A model generated the notes under the pieces. That model was not told the origin of the DNA. It worked only from the letters and a program-made list of their open reading frames with translations, and did not search any database. From contig DCTY01000072.1 in NCBI GenBank assembly GCA_002329335.1, forward strand, positions 23,305 through 87,304: DNA of 64,000 bases. Reading direction: 5' to 3'. Of the stretch, positions 36,285 through 45,787 are shown piece after piece (within the stretch, counting starts at the first letter, position 1; each line of letters begins with the position of its first letter). A program made the translations under genes and the position numbers. Source of the stretch: Christensenella sp. UBA1428 (GTDB taxonomy: Bacteria; Bacillota; Clostridia; Christensenellales; UBA1750).

Positions 36285-37841
36285 TTAATATTGATCCGGC
36301 AGATCGTTTTCAAACAAAACCGCATCGCCGGGGCCAAGAAGCGTGCCGATCAGGGCGACCGCCTCGTCCATAGTTTCCACAATATGCAGGCGCTGCTGCT
36401 CAAAGCCCGCCTCGCGCAGCCCCTGCGCGATTGGCTGCGTACGCTTTGCGCCCATCAAAATCACAAAGTCGCAGCTTTCAGCCATCTGCCGGCCGAACTG
36501 ACGGTTCAGCTTTTCTTCCTCCTCGCCCAATTCAACCATGCCAGGCGTAATCACCAGGCGTTTCCCCGGAAACGCGCACAGCACGTCCAGCGCCGCCTTT
36601 GCACCGACGGGGTTGGCATTAAACGCATCGTCGATAATCGTGATTCCCCGCGCGCCATGAATCAGCTCCAGACGGTGCTGCACAGGCTTGAGCGTCAAAA
36701 GCGCCTTTTGAATCTGCTCCAACGTTACGCCAAGGGCAAGCCCTACCGCACAGCAAAGCACGATATTGCCGATATTATGCTTGCCCAACAGCTGGGTTGT
36801 CACGCGGATTTCCCCTTCCGGCGCGTGCAGGGTAAAGGACGAGCCCTGCGCGTCCACCTGGATCTGATCGGCGTAGACCTGACAGGATGCGTCAAACCCG
36901 CACAGCGTTTTGGGCACAGCGGTACGATCGTACATGGCGCGCACAAGCCCGTCGTCGTTTGCAAAAAACGCGCGTCCGTCCGGCCCGATCGCCTCGACAA
37001 GCTCATATTTGGTATTCACGATATTTTCAAGGGTAAAAAATGTTTCCAGATGCTGCTTGCCGACGCTGGTAATCAGGCCGTACTGCGGCGCAACCAGCTG
37101 CGTCAATTCCCGGATATCCCCCACATGGCGCGCGCCCATCTCCGCAATGAACACCTCATGCTGCGGCAAAAGCTGTTCGCGAATAACGCGGGTCAGCCCC
37201 ATGGGCGTGTTAAAGCTGGCAGGCGTGGGCAGGACATTGTATTTTTCCGCCAGAATCGCCGCCAGAATAAATTTTGTGGACGTTTTTCCGTATGAACCGG
37301 TTATGCCAATTTTGATCAAATCGTCCCGGCCTGCCAAAATGGCTTTGGCGTCGTTGAAGAAACGACGGTTGATCGCCTTTTCCACCGGCGCAATCAAATA
37401 ACCCGCCGCCAGCACCACCGCCCAGTAAAGCGCGCCCGCGCCGGCCAGGATCAGCGGCTCTGCCAGCCCTGCCAGCAGCAGCACAAGCACAACCAGCAGC
37501 GTCACCAGCGCAAGCCGGCGCATCCGCTTGGTAAAATCCAGCTTTTTTTTGACCTTTTCGCCCCGCGTCTGCGCAAGTGCGTAAACCCACGCGTATGCGC
37601 ACGCCAGCGCGGATACAATCAGGCTGATCCAGGAAAGGGGGCAAAAGCGCGTCAAAACCGCAGCGCCCACCGTCAGCCACACCGCTGCGCAGGCATAGAC
37701 GCGGCCGGTATTCTGGCGCAGCCAGCCCCAATACTGTTTGGGCACATACCCTTCAAGCTGGTAGATGTGCAGCATCAAAAAGGACAGTCCTCCAACGGCA
37801 AGGCCGCACAGGACGATGGCAATGGTTTGCATTGTATTCAC
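36285..37841 (-). CDS. Mur ligase (MurF-like) whose usual N-terminal domain is replaced by a polytopic membrane domain
   Basis: Residues about 1-150 form four to five hydrophobic helices. The P-loop GITGSYGKTSTK is at about residue 181, followed by Mur ligase middle and C-terminal domains. The gene is adjacent to ddl. Confidence 0.6.
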   Translation of the reverse strand: MNTMQTIAIVLCGLAVGGLSFLMLHIYQLEGYVPKQYWGWLRQNTGRVYACAAVWLTVGAAVLTRFCPLSWISLIVSALACAYAWVYALAQTRGEKVKKKLDFTKRMRRLALVTLLVVLVLLLAGLAEPLILAGAGALYWAVVLAAGYLIAPVEKAINRRFFNDAKAILAGRDDLIKIGITGSYGKTSTKFILAAILAEKYNVLPTPASFNTPMGLTRVIREQLLPQHEVFIAEMGARHVGDIRELTQLVAPQYGLITSVGKQHLETFFTLENIVNTKYELVEAIGPDGRAFFANDDGLVRAMYDRTAVPKTLCGFDASCQVYADQIQVDAQGSSFTLHAPEGEIRVTTQLLGKHNIGNIVLCCAVGLALGVTLEQIQKALLTLKPVQHRLELIHGARGITIIDDAFNANPVGAKAALDVLCAFPGKRLVITPGMVELGEEEEKLNRQFGRQMAESCDFVILMGAKRTQPIAQGLREAGFEQQRLHIVETMDEAVALIGTLLGPGDAVLFENDLPDQY

Positions 37842-37844
37842 CTG

Positions 37845-38594
37845 CTATGGATTAATCAGAAAATGGCGCGCAATTTTATTAAACTCGCCGGAACGCTCCA
37901 GATAGGCAAAATGCCCGCAGTCGTCAAAAACGACCAGCCCGGCGTTTGGAATTTCCTTTTCCATGATCTGGCCGTCGCGCAGCGGCGTGGCAGTATCCTC
38001 CCGCCCCCAGATCAGCAGCGTAGGCGACTGGATCCGGCTCAAATACGCCCGCTCGTCAAAATTGACGACCTTGACAAACATCTGCTTCAGCTGCCTGGTC
38101 GGCAGCGCCCGGTAATCCGCGGAACTGAAATAATCGCGCAGCTTATCGCGCAGCTGGTCGGTCGCAAACCGGTTAAACACGCTGTAGGCTGCCGCGCGCA
38201 GCCGCGATTTGACCGTCGGCGGCGGCAAAAGCCCCGCGCCGCCGGTAAAGACCAGCTTGCCAAATTTTTCCGGGTGCTGCGCCGCCATCAGAATCGTTAC
38301 GCGCACGCCAAAGGAATGCGCGATAACATGACAGGGCGCAATGCCCAGCGCATCGATTAATTTTAGCGTATGATCCGCAAACGCGTCAACACCCCAAATG
38401 TCCGAAGGGGTATCGCTTTGCCCATGCGCCGGAAAATCAATCGCCGTTACGCGAAAATCCCCGCAAAGCGCGTTTAACACCGGCGCAAGGCTTTCCCATT
38501 TTCCGCCCCAGCCATGCAGCAGCAGGACGTCCGGCCCTGCACCGGCCATCTGATAGCGGATTTTAATCCCATCGACGGTAATGAACATGCGCAT
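37845..38594 (-). CDS. alpha/beta-fold hydrolase
   Basis: HGWGG oxyanion region and nucleophile elbow AHSFG. Confidence 0.75.
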   Translation of the reverse strand: MRMFITVDGIKIRYQMAGAGPDVLLLHGWGGKWESLAPVLNALCGDFRVTAIDFPAHGQSDTPSDIWGVDAFADHTLKLIDALGIAPCHVIAHSFGVRVTILMAAQHPEKFGKLVFTGGAGLLPPPTVKSRLRAAAYSVFNRFATDQLRDKLRDYFSSADYRALPTRQLKQMFVKVVNFDERAYLSRIQSPTLLIWGREDTATPLRDGQIMEKEIPNAGLVVFDDCGHFAYLERSGEFNKIARHFLINP

Positions 38595-38653
38595 TTCTCC
38601 ATTCTGGTTCAGGCTTTCTTTTCAAAATATATGTCCTTTCCGGCGCGCTATGC

Positions 38654-39097
38654 CTAAAGCACGCAAAGCATGACATAAGCGTCCTCGCCGGTATCCTCAT
38701 AATACTTTTTACGCACCGAAAGCACGGCGAAGCCAAGTTTCTTGTACAGCGCCCGCGCCGGAGCGTTGGAAACGCGCACCTCCAAAAGCGCAACGCGCAC
38801 GTCCACGCTTTTTAAATACGCCAAAAGCGCGCGCGTCACCGCCTCGCCGCAGCCCCTGCGGCGAAAATCCGGATGCACGGCAATGTTGGTAATATGCCCT
38901 TCATCCAGGGCAATCCATGCCCCGGCATAGGCCGCCACCACGCCGTCCATGCACGCCACCACATAATAGGCGGCTGGATTTTCCGCTTCATTTTCCATCG
39001 ACTGACGCGACCAGGGCGTTTGAAAGGACGCCGTCTCAATCGCCATGACGCCGTCCAGATCCTCTTTGCGCATCCTGCGCAGCGTCATCTCAGCCAT
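38654..39097 (-). CDS. rimI: ribosomal-protein-alanine N-acetyltransferase
   Basis: GNAT motif VHPDFRRRGCGEAV, in rimI-tsaB-tsaE context. Start at the ATG at 39097, preceded by GGGAGGG. Confidence 0.7.
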   Translation of the reverse strand: MAEMTLRRMRKEDLDGVMAIETASFQTPWSRQSMENEAENPAAYYVVACMDGVVAAYAGAWIALDEGHITNIAVHPDFRRRGCGEAVTRALLAYLKSVDVRVALLEVRVSNAPARALYKKLGFAVLSVRKKYYEDTGEDAYVMLCVL

Positions 39098-39773
39098 GCG
39101 CCGCCCTCCCGGCATACTCGCGCTCCGCCTGCGAGGCGCGCAGATATTGCGGCAAAAGCGCGTCGTGCGCCGTCATCCTTTCCGGATGCGCTGCGGCAAA
39201 CACCGCCGCGCCGGAGGCGCAGACCTGATTTAGATGCGCCGGAGCAAACCGCGCCTGATCGCCAAAGACCGCGCAAATCTGCGCCCGATACGCCAAAGCG
39301 CCGTCCCCCACGAACAGGCAGGGCAAATCAAGCGCATGCGCCTGATGGACAAAGTCCGCCACGCCGCGCGCCTGCTGTTCCAAAACCGGACGGCCCGAAA
39401 CAAACGCCGCGCAGTATGCCTGATCGTGGCGCGCGTCGATCATGGCGCAGATCGCCCCGTCAAAGGGCAAAACGGCCAGCGCTTCCAGTGCCGAAACGGC
39501 AATGACCGGCTTTTGCTGCGCCATGGCCATCGCGCGCACCGCACAGACGCCGATGCGCACGCCGGTAAAGGAACCGGGGCCCGTCACACAGGCAAACGCG
39601 TCCACCTGATCCAGCCCGCAGCCGCACAGCTCCAGCGTCTGCGCCGCAAGCGGCATCAATTGCTGGGAATGTGTGTTGCCATTGTTGACCAGAAGGCAGG
39701 CCGCAATTTCTCCGCCGCGGTACAGCGCGGCCGAACACGCCGCGCCGGAGCTGTCTATCGATAAAATTACCAT
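39090..39773 (-). CDS. tsaB: tRNA t6A37 biosynthesis protein TsaB
   Basis: MVILSIDSSG... ASKHA-fold N-terminus and GPGSFTGVRIG motif. Start at the ATG at 39773, preceded by GGAGGA. Confidence 0.85.
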   Translation of the reverse strand: MVILSIDSSGAACSAALYRGGEIAACLLVNNGNTHSQQLMPLAAQTLELCGCGLDQVDAFACVTGPGSFTGVRIGVCAVRAMAMAQQKPVIAVSALEALAVLPFDGAICAMIDARHDQAYCAAFVSGRPVLEQQARGVADFVHQAHALDLPCLFVGDGALAYRAQICAVFGDQARFAPAHLNQVCASGAAVFAAAHPERMTAHDALLPQYLRASQAEREYAGRAAHG

Positions 39774-40207
39774 GCGATCCGTTCCTCCAGCGGCCCCTGA
39801 ACCGTCAAACGCCGGCCGTCGGGGCAATAGGTCAATTCAATTTGAGTCACCGGCGCGTCCCGTAAAAGCGCCATTGCGCACTGCGGCCATTCCACCAGAG
39901 AAACGCCCCCGGCAAAAAACAGCTCATCCGCACCCGATTCCAAAAGCTCCTGCTCGTCGCGCAGGCGATAAAGATCGAAATGATACAGCGTCATCCCACC
40001 GCCGTCGTATTGGTTTACCAGCGTAAAGGTCGGGCTTGAAACCTGATCGGCACAGCCAAAATACGCCGCGGCGCCCCGCACAAAGCAGGTTTTTCCCGCG
40101 CCCAGCTCCCCGATTAAAACGATCACGTCGTTTTTTTCAAACAGCGCCGCCATTTTTCCCGCCAGCGCCAGGGTTTCCCCTTCGTTTTTCAGCTCAAAGA
40201 CTTTCAT
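39767..40207 (-). CDS. tsaE: tRNA t6A37 biosynthesis ATPase TsaE
   Basis: P-loop GELGAGKT and the SPTFTLVNQY motif. Confidence 0.85.
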   Translation of the reverse strand: MKVFELKNEGETLALAGKMAALFEKNDVIVLIGELGAGKTCFVRGAAAYFGCADQVSSPTFTLVNQYDGGGMTLYHFDLYRLRDEQELLESGADELFFAGGVSLVEWPQCAMALLRDAPVTQIELTYCPDGRRLTVQGPLEERIAW

Positions 40208-40221
40208 CCAGGGCCGGGCAG

Positions 40222-41391
40222 CTAGGCCTGCCGGGCGTAAACCTCCTTACCGTCGATCCAAACACGCTCCGCCACGCTGCGAAAATCCAGCGGATGGCCG
40301 TCAAACAGCACCAGATCCGCATCCTTCCCCGGTTCAATGGAGCCGATGCGGTCGGCCACGCCCAGAACCTGCGCCGCATGGATCGTAATGCTGGCCAGCG
40401 CCTCCTGTTCCGGCAGCCCCTCGCGCACGGCAAGCGCCGCAGTTACGGCGAGATACTGCTCGGGGATAACCGGCGAATCGGTCATCATCGCAAAGGGAAT
40501 CCCCGCCTGATAAAACAGCGCCGGCGCACGATAGGTCATCTGATTGAGCTCCACTTTGGACCGGTCGGACAAAAGCGGCCCCAGAATTACCTTGGCGTTT
40601 TCTTCTTTCAGGACGTCCAAAATCAAATGCCCTTCGGTGCAGTGATCCAGCGTATAGTCTACGCCGAATTCTTTTGCAATACGCATTGCCGTCAAAATAT
40701 CGTCCGCGCGGTGCGCATGGCACTTCAGCGGCATTTCACCGCGCAAAACCGCGCACAGCGCCTCGTTTTTCAAACAGCGCTCCGGCATATCCTCGTCCGG
40801 ATCCTCGTTTGCCCGGTCCATTTTACGCTGATATTCCTGCGCGTCGATCAGCGCCTGGCGCAGCACCGCCGCCGTGCCCATGCGGGTGGACGGCGTTTCC
40901 TTCTTATCGCCGTAAACGCCCTTCGGGTTTTCCCCAAAAGCGCATTTCACCGCAAACGGCTGGCGCATGATCATATCCTCCACGCGCACCTTGCCATTGT
41001 TTTTTAAAAGCACAAACTGGCCGCCGATCACATTGCCGCTGCCCGGGCCGGTGCAAAGCGCCGTCACACCCGCGCGCCTTGCCTCCTCAAAGGTTGGATC
41101 CAATGTGTTGATTGAATCGATCGCGCGCATCTGCGGGGTCACCGGATCGGTCATTTCGTTGCCGTCCTCGCCTTCCTGTCCCATACCGTCGTTAAAAAGC
41201 CCAATATGGCAATGCGCGTCAATGAAGCCCGGGCAAAGCCATAATCCCTTTGCATCGATTCTGCGCGCGCCGGCACAGTCGATCTGACGGCCAACCATCA
41301 GAATTTTCCCATCGTCGCCAATCAGAACGCTGCCGGGGTCCAGCTGTACGCCGGCCATGGTCAAAACGTGCGCATTTTCAATTAAAATCAT
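40222..41391 (-). CDS. amidohydrolase-family metal-dependent hydrolase
   Basis: PGFIDAHCHIG metal-binding motif and TIM-barrel hydrolase length. Confidence 0.75.
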   Translation of the reverse strand: MILIENAHVLTMAGVQLDPGSVLIGDDGKILMVGRQIDCAGARRIDAKGLWLCPGFIDAHCHIGLFNDGMGQEGEDGNEMTDPVTPQMRAIDSINTLDPTFEEARRAGVTALCTGPGSGNVIGGQFVLLKNNGKVRVEDMIMRQPFAVKCAFGENPKGVYGDKKETPSTRMGTAAVLRQALIDAQEYQRKMDRANEDPDEDMPERCLKNEALCAVLRGEMPLKCHAHRADDILTAMRIAKEFGVDYTLDHCTEGHLILDVLKEENAKVILGPLLSDRSKVELNQMTYRAPALFYQAGIPFAMMTDSPVIPEQYLAVTAALAVREGLPEQEALASITIHAAQVLGVADRIGSIEPGKDADLVLFDGHPLDFRSVAERVWIDGKEVYARQA

Positions 41392-42662
41392 TCCTGCGTC
41401 TCCTTTTTGCCCGCGGGCACCTCTACCGCCCCCGCCGTGCGCACCTGAAGCACCCGAACGGAGCCTGTGCCGAAAACCGCTTCCATTTTTTCCCGGTAGG
41501 TTTTTGCCGCGTTTGCCGGCACAACAGCCAGAATGGTCCCGGCAAACCCGCCGCCATGAACGCGCCAGGCGCCGGTATGCTCCAGCAGCCTGCGGCTCAG
41601 CGCCAGCGCCAGCGCCAGCTTGCAGTCCCCGCCGGGCGCCTGCACGTTTTGAAGCTGCATAAAAGAGCTTCTGCCCGACTCCACCGTCAAATCCAGATAG
41701 GTTTGCATGTCGCCCGCCTCCAAAGCGCGCTGCATCTGAACGACCCGCTGGTTTTCTTCAAAAAAATGCATCGCCCGAAGCACGGCCCGGTCTCCTGCCT
41801 GCGCACGCACCTGCGCCAGCGCGTTTTCAAACGCCGCCGGATTGACCTGCCGCAGGGTTTCTGCGCCGAAAAACGCCGCAACCTTTCGCATGTCCGCAGG
41901 GATCGCCGCATAGCATTCGGTCAGATCATCATGCGATCCGCCTGTAAAGGTCACCGCGAGCACATAGCCCTGCGCCGAAAAATCCACATGCAGCGGCGAT
42001 ACCATAACCTGTTCTGCGCCAAAATCGATGCCGACCAGCGCGCCGACCGCGCTTGCCGCCTGATCCATCAGACCGCTTGGCTTGCCGAAATAACGGTTTT
42101 CCGCCTCCTGCGCCGCCTGCGCCCGAAGGATCGGCGGCATATCGCCCGCACCAAAAAGCCCGTCCACAACGGTGGCGAGCATCACTTCAAACGCAGCGGA
42201 AGAGGACAGCCCGGAACCCACCGCCACCTGCGAGCTGCACACGGCGTCAAACCCGCCGGGCGTCACGCCGCGGCTGCGCATCGCCGCGCAAACCCCGCGG
42301 ATCAGCGCGCAGGTTGTGCCGGTTTCGCCCGGTACGGGCTCCAGCTGGTTTAAATCGACCTGAAAACAGGCGTCATAGCCCTGCGACCACAGCCGCACGC
42401 AGTTGCTATGATTGGGCCGCGCCGCGCAGATGCTGTCCAGGTCAATCGCTGCCGCCAGCACGCACCCATGATTATGATCGGTATGATTGCCCGCAAGTTC
42501 CGTACGCCCCGGCGCGCTGAAATAGCGCAAACCCGACGCGTCGCCAAATTTTTCCGCAAATCGATCCTTCAGCGCCTGGTAGCGCGCCTGCTGGATTTTC
42601 GCGCCCTGTTCGTCCGTCTGGTACAATGCCTGCAACGCAGGCAAACCGGGAATGCAAGTCAT
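41388..42662 (-). CDS. galactokinase-family GHMP kinase
   Basis: GRTELAGNHTDHNHG (compare GRVNLIGEHTDY) and the GHMP motif GSGLSSSAA. Confidence 0.7.
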   Translation of the reverse strand: MTCIPGLPALQALYQTDEQGAKIQQARYQALKDRFAEKFGDASGLRYFSAPGRTELAGNHTDHNHGCVLAAAIDLDSICAARPNHSNCVRLWSQGYDACFQVDLNQLEPVPGETGTTCALIRGVCAAMRSRGVTPGGFDAVCSSQVAVGSGLSSSAAFEVMLATVVDGLFGAGDMPPILRAQAAQEAENRYFGKPSGLMDQAASAVGALVGIDFGAEQVMVSPLHVDFSAQGYVLAVTFTGGSHDDLTECYAAIPADMRKVAAFFGAETLRQVNPAAFENALAQVRAQAGDRAVLRAMHFFEENQRVVQMQRALEAGDMQTYLDLTVESGRSSFMQLQNVQAPGGDCKLALALALSRRLLEHTGAWRVHGGGFAGTILAVVPANAAKTYREKMEAVFGTGSVRVLQVRTAGAVEVPAGKKETQE

Positions 42663-42784
42663 GACAGCGCCTCCCTGTTCTTTCTATCTTATTTATTATA
42701 GCCAATTGTTCCCACTGCGGCAAGCGATTGCAGTAATTCCGCAAAAAAAGCCTGCCGTTGCAGGCCTTACGCAGTTTCGTTGCC

Positions 42785-43759
42785 TCACTCCGGCTGCGCC
42801 CCGTACTGACTGCGCATATAATCGGCCAGCATCTGGGAAAGCGCGTCTGTGGACGGCGCCGTGTTGATTTTCTCCCGCATTGCCGCCGCGTCGCGCAGCC
42901 CCTTGATATACCACCCAATATGCTTGCGCATTTCCTTGGCCGCCACGGCCTCGCCCTTCAGATCGCGCAAAAGACGAATATGCGTCAGGGCGGTTGAGAG
43001 CTTTTCCTCCGGCGTTACGGGGTCGTACCGGCCCGTATGCAGATACTGCTTGATCTGACGAAATAAAAACGGATTTCCCGCCGCGCCGCGTCCAATCATC
43101 ACCGCCTGGCATCCGGTGGTTTCAAACACGCGCAGCGCATCCTCCGGAGAGGCAATATCCCCGTTTGCAATCACCGGAATCGCGCTGTGCGCAGCCGCCC
43201 GGGCAATGGCCTGCATGTCCGCCCTGCCGGCGTACATCTGCGCGCGCGTCCTGCCATGAATGGCGATTGCCGCCGCGCCGGCCTGTCCCGCCATCTCGAC
43301 CATATCCATATAATTTAAGTGGGCGTCGTCCCACCCAAGCCGGATTTTCACCGTTACAGGCACCGTGCAGGCCTGGCGCACCGCCTCGATCACCAGCCGG
43401 GCCAGTCCACGGTCGCGGCCCAGCGCGGCGCCCGCGCCGCCCTGCACGATCTTTGGCGAAGGGCACCCCATATTGATATCAATAAAATCATACTGATCGC
43501 CGACCATCTGCGCCGCTTTTTCCATCACACGCAGATTGACGCCAAAAAGCTGCACGCCGACGGTTTCCCCCGGCGCTTTTTGCATCAGCTGACGTTGGAT
43601 GGGCGACTCTTTTGGCGAAAGCACCAACCCATTGGCGCTGATCATCTCCGTTACGCCCCAATCGCAGCCCATCTGCATGCACAGATAGCGAAACGTGCAG
43701 TCGGTAATGCCCGCCATCGGCGCCAAAACCAGCGCATTTGAGCAATTTTGAAAGTCCAT
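42785..43759 (-). CDS. dusB: tRNA dihydrouridine synthase B
   Basis: LAPMAGITD..., DINMGCP and the Dus family C-terminal helical domain. Confidence 0.85.
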   Translation of the reverse strand: MDFQNCSNALVLAPMAGITDCTFRYLCMQMGCDWGVTEMISANGLVLSPKESPIQRQLMQKAPGETVGVQLFGVNLRVMEKAAQMVGDQYDFIDINMGCPSPKIVQGGAGAALGRDRGLARLVIEAVRQACTVPVTVKIRLGWDDAHLNYMDMVEMAGQAGAAAIAIHGRTRAQMYAGRADMQAIARAAAHSAIPVIANGDIASPEDALRVFETTGCQAVMIGRGAAGNPFLFRQIKQYLHTGRYDPVTPEEKLSTALTHIRLLRDLKGEAVAAKEMRKHIGWYIKGLRDAAAMREKINTAPSTDALSQMLADYMRSQYGAQPE

Positions 43760-43781
43760 GCCGTCATTCCTTCGCTATTTT

Positions 43782-44327
43782 TTATACCGCCGGGCGCGCC
43801 GTCGATGCAGGCAGCGCCTCCACCGGCCGGATCTCCCGGATAATCCAGGAACCGTTCTCCCGTTTTTCCAGAATAATATCATACACATAGTTTTCCCAGG
43901 CCGGCGCAGGAAATTTCTCCGGGCTTGCCAGCTGCTCGGCCGTCTGATAATCCGTTTTGAGCTCGCCCTCGAGCGTCACGCGTTCCTGCGCAACGGCCGT
44001 AACGCGCGTCTGCCACGGCCAGGCCCAAAGCGACTGAATTTTCAGGCTGTAGCTGGAACCCTTGATCTTATAATAGGGATCATACACAGAATGCTGCAAA
44101 AGCGTATCCCCGTCCAAAAACGTCTGGTCAAAATACTTGGACAGGTTTTCGCCCTCATTTTTGCCCAAAATCGTATTGGCGCGCAGCTCCATGCCGTCGT
44201 TGATCAGAATAAACAATTGAGATAAGTTCATGGCGCTGATAAACGCCGTCGTCAAAAGCCCCAGGATCACCAGCAGCGCCAGCCCCTTGCGGGCCAGCAG
44301 CGTGATAAGGCGGATGATATACTTCAA
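43782..44327 (-). CDS. hypothetical membrane-anchored protein
   Basis: One N-terminal TM helix and no recognised motif. A TTG start at 44327 is preceded by AAAGGAGGGG; the ORF extends to 44426. Confidence 0.4.
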   Translation of the reverse strand: MKYIIRLITLLARKGLALLVILGLLTTAFISAMNLSQLFILINDGMELRANTILGKNEGENLSKYFDQTFLDGDTLLQHSVYDPYYKIKGSSYSLKIQSLWAWPWQTRVTAVAQERVTLEGELKTDYQTAEQLASPEKFPAPAWENYVYDIILEKRENGSWIIREIRPVEALPASTARPAV

Positions 44328-44503
44328 GAAACTCCCCTCCTTTGGGGTTATGCGCCTGCGGCGCGTTATCCAGTATACTATAAAACAGCAAAAAAATCCA
44401 ACTAAAATCCTCCCGGCGCTTGCCACCGGACGGACAAAAGAGTATAATGGGAAGCAGTCATTTAGATTGCGCTAAGTTTTTTGTACAGGGAGATGGTTTT
44501 TTC

Positions 44504-45787
44504 ATGGACAGTAGCGGACCTTTGTTATGCATATTGTTCGTATTGCTGTTCCTGGGCGGCGGATATTTCGCCGCAGCAGAGATCGCTTTTGCCTCGGTCA
44601 ACAAGATCCGCCTGCGGACGCGCGCGGACGACGGTGATCGGCGGGCGCGCAAGGCCATGTATGTGCTTGCCAATTTTGATAAGGCGCTCACCACGCTGCT
44701 TATCGGCAACAACATCATGCATCTGAGCACCGCATCTTTGGCAACGGTGATCGCCACCAACCTGTGGGGTCCCTCCAGCGTGACCTATACCACCTTTGCG
44801 GTAACGCTTCTGGTCTTCTTTTTTGCGGAGATGATCCCGAAAAACTATGCTAAAACCAACAACGAGCAGTTTGCCCTTTCTGTTGCAGGGTCGCTCTGCT
44901 TTCTGATGAAGCTGCTGACGCCGGTTTCCTTTCTTTTCGGCCGTCTGGGCACCTGGCTTTCGCGCATTACCCATGCGGACGAAACGCCGACCGTAACCCA
45001 GGACGAGCTGGATGAAATCATTGAAAATATTGACGAAGAGGGCACGCTGGACCAGCAGCAGAGCGAACTGATCCAAAACGCGCTTGACTTTGACGAAACC
45101 ACCGCTCAGGATGTGCTGACCGCCCGGGTTGACATGGTATGCATCGACGTTCATGCCAAGCCCGAGGAGATTTTAAACATCATCAAATCCGAGCAGTTCT
45201 CGCGCATGCCCGTCTATGAAGAAAACACCGACAATATCATCGGCATTTTACATATCCGCAAATATCTGCGCCAATATGCAAAAAACGGCGGCAAGGTTGA
45301 TTTGCGTGCGCTGCTGGACGAGCCCTGCTTTGTCCACAAGGCAACCAATATCGACGAATTGCTGTCCTTTATGAGCGCAAAAAAAATCCATCTGGCGATC
45401 GTCACCGACGAATACGGCGGAACGCTTGGGCTGATTACCATCGAAGACATCGTTGAAGAGCTGGTCGGCGAAATCTGGGATGAAAGCGACGAAATCACCT
45501 GGACGTGCCGCAGCGCCGGCGCCGGCGTCTTTGAGGCCACCGGCGACTGTGCCTGCATGGATTTGTTTGACGCCATGGGGTTTGACGATTACGATAAGGA
45601 TGATTTTCGTCACAAAAATGTCGGCGCCTGGGCGCTGGAGCATTTTGACCGCATGCCCCAAAAGGGCGAGGGCTTTGGCGCGTTTGACGGCGCGATGCGC
45701 GTGAAAATCGATCAGCTGGATCATGCGCGCATCAAAAAATTGACCATTCGATATCATCAGGAGTTGAAACAGAGCAATGGGCAGTAG
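44504..45787 (+). CDS. CNNM/CorC-HlyC-family transporter-associated protein (DUF21-CBS pair-CorC_HlyC)
   Basis: N-terminal DUF21 membrane domain (FAEMIPKNYA), a CBS pair, and a C-terminal CorC domain. Confidence 0.8.
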   Translation: MDSSGPLLCILFVLLFLGGGYFAAAEIAFASVNKIRLRTRADDGDRRARKAMYVLANFDKALTTLLIGNNIMHLSTASLATVIATNLWGPSSVTYTTFAVTLLVFFFAEMIPKNYAKTNNEQFALSVAGSLCFLMKLLTPVSFLFGRLGTWLSRITHADETPTVTQDELDEIIENIDEEGTLDQQQSELIQNALDFDETTAQDVLTARVDMVCIDVHAKPEEILNIIKSEQFSRMPVYEENTDNIIGILHIRKYLRQYAKNGGKVDLRALLDEPCFVHKATNIDELLSFMSAKKIHLAIVTDEYGGTLGLITIEDIVEELVGEIWDESDEITWTCRSAGAGVFEATGDCACMDLFDAMGFDDYDKDDFRHKNVGAWALEHFDRMPQKGEGFGAFDGAMRVKIDQLDHARIKKLTIRYHQELKQSNGQ

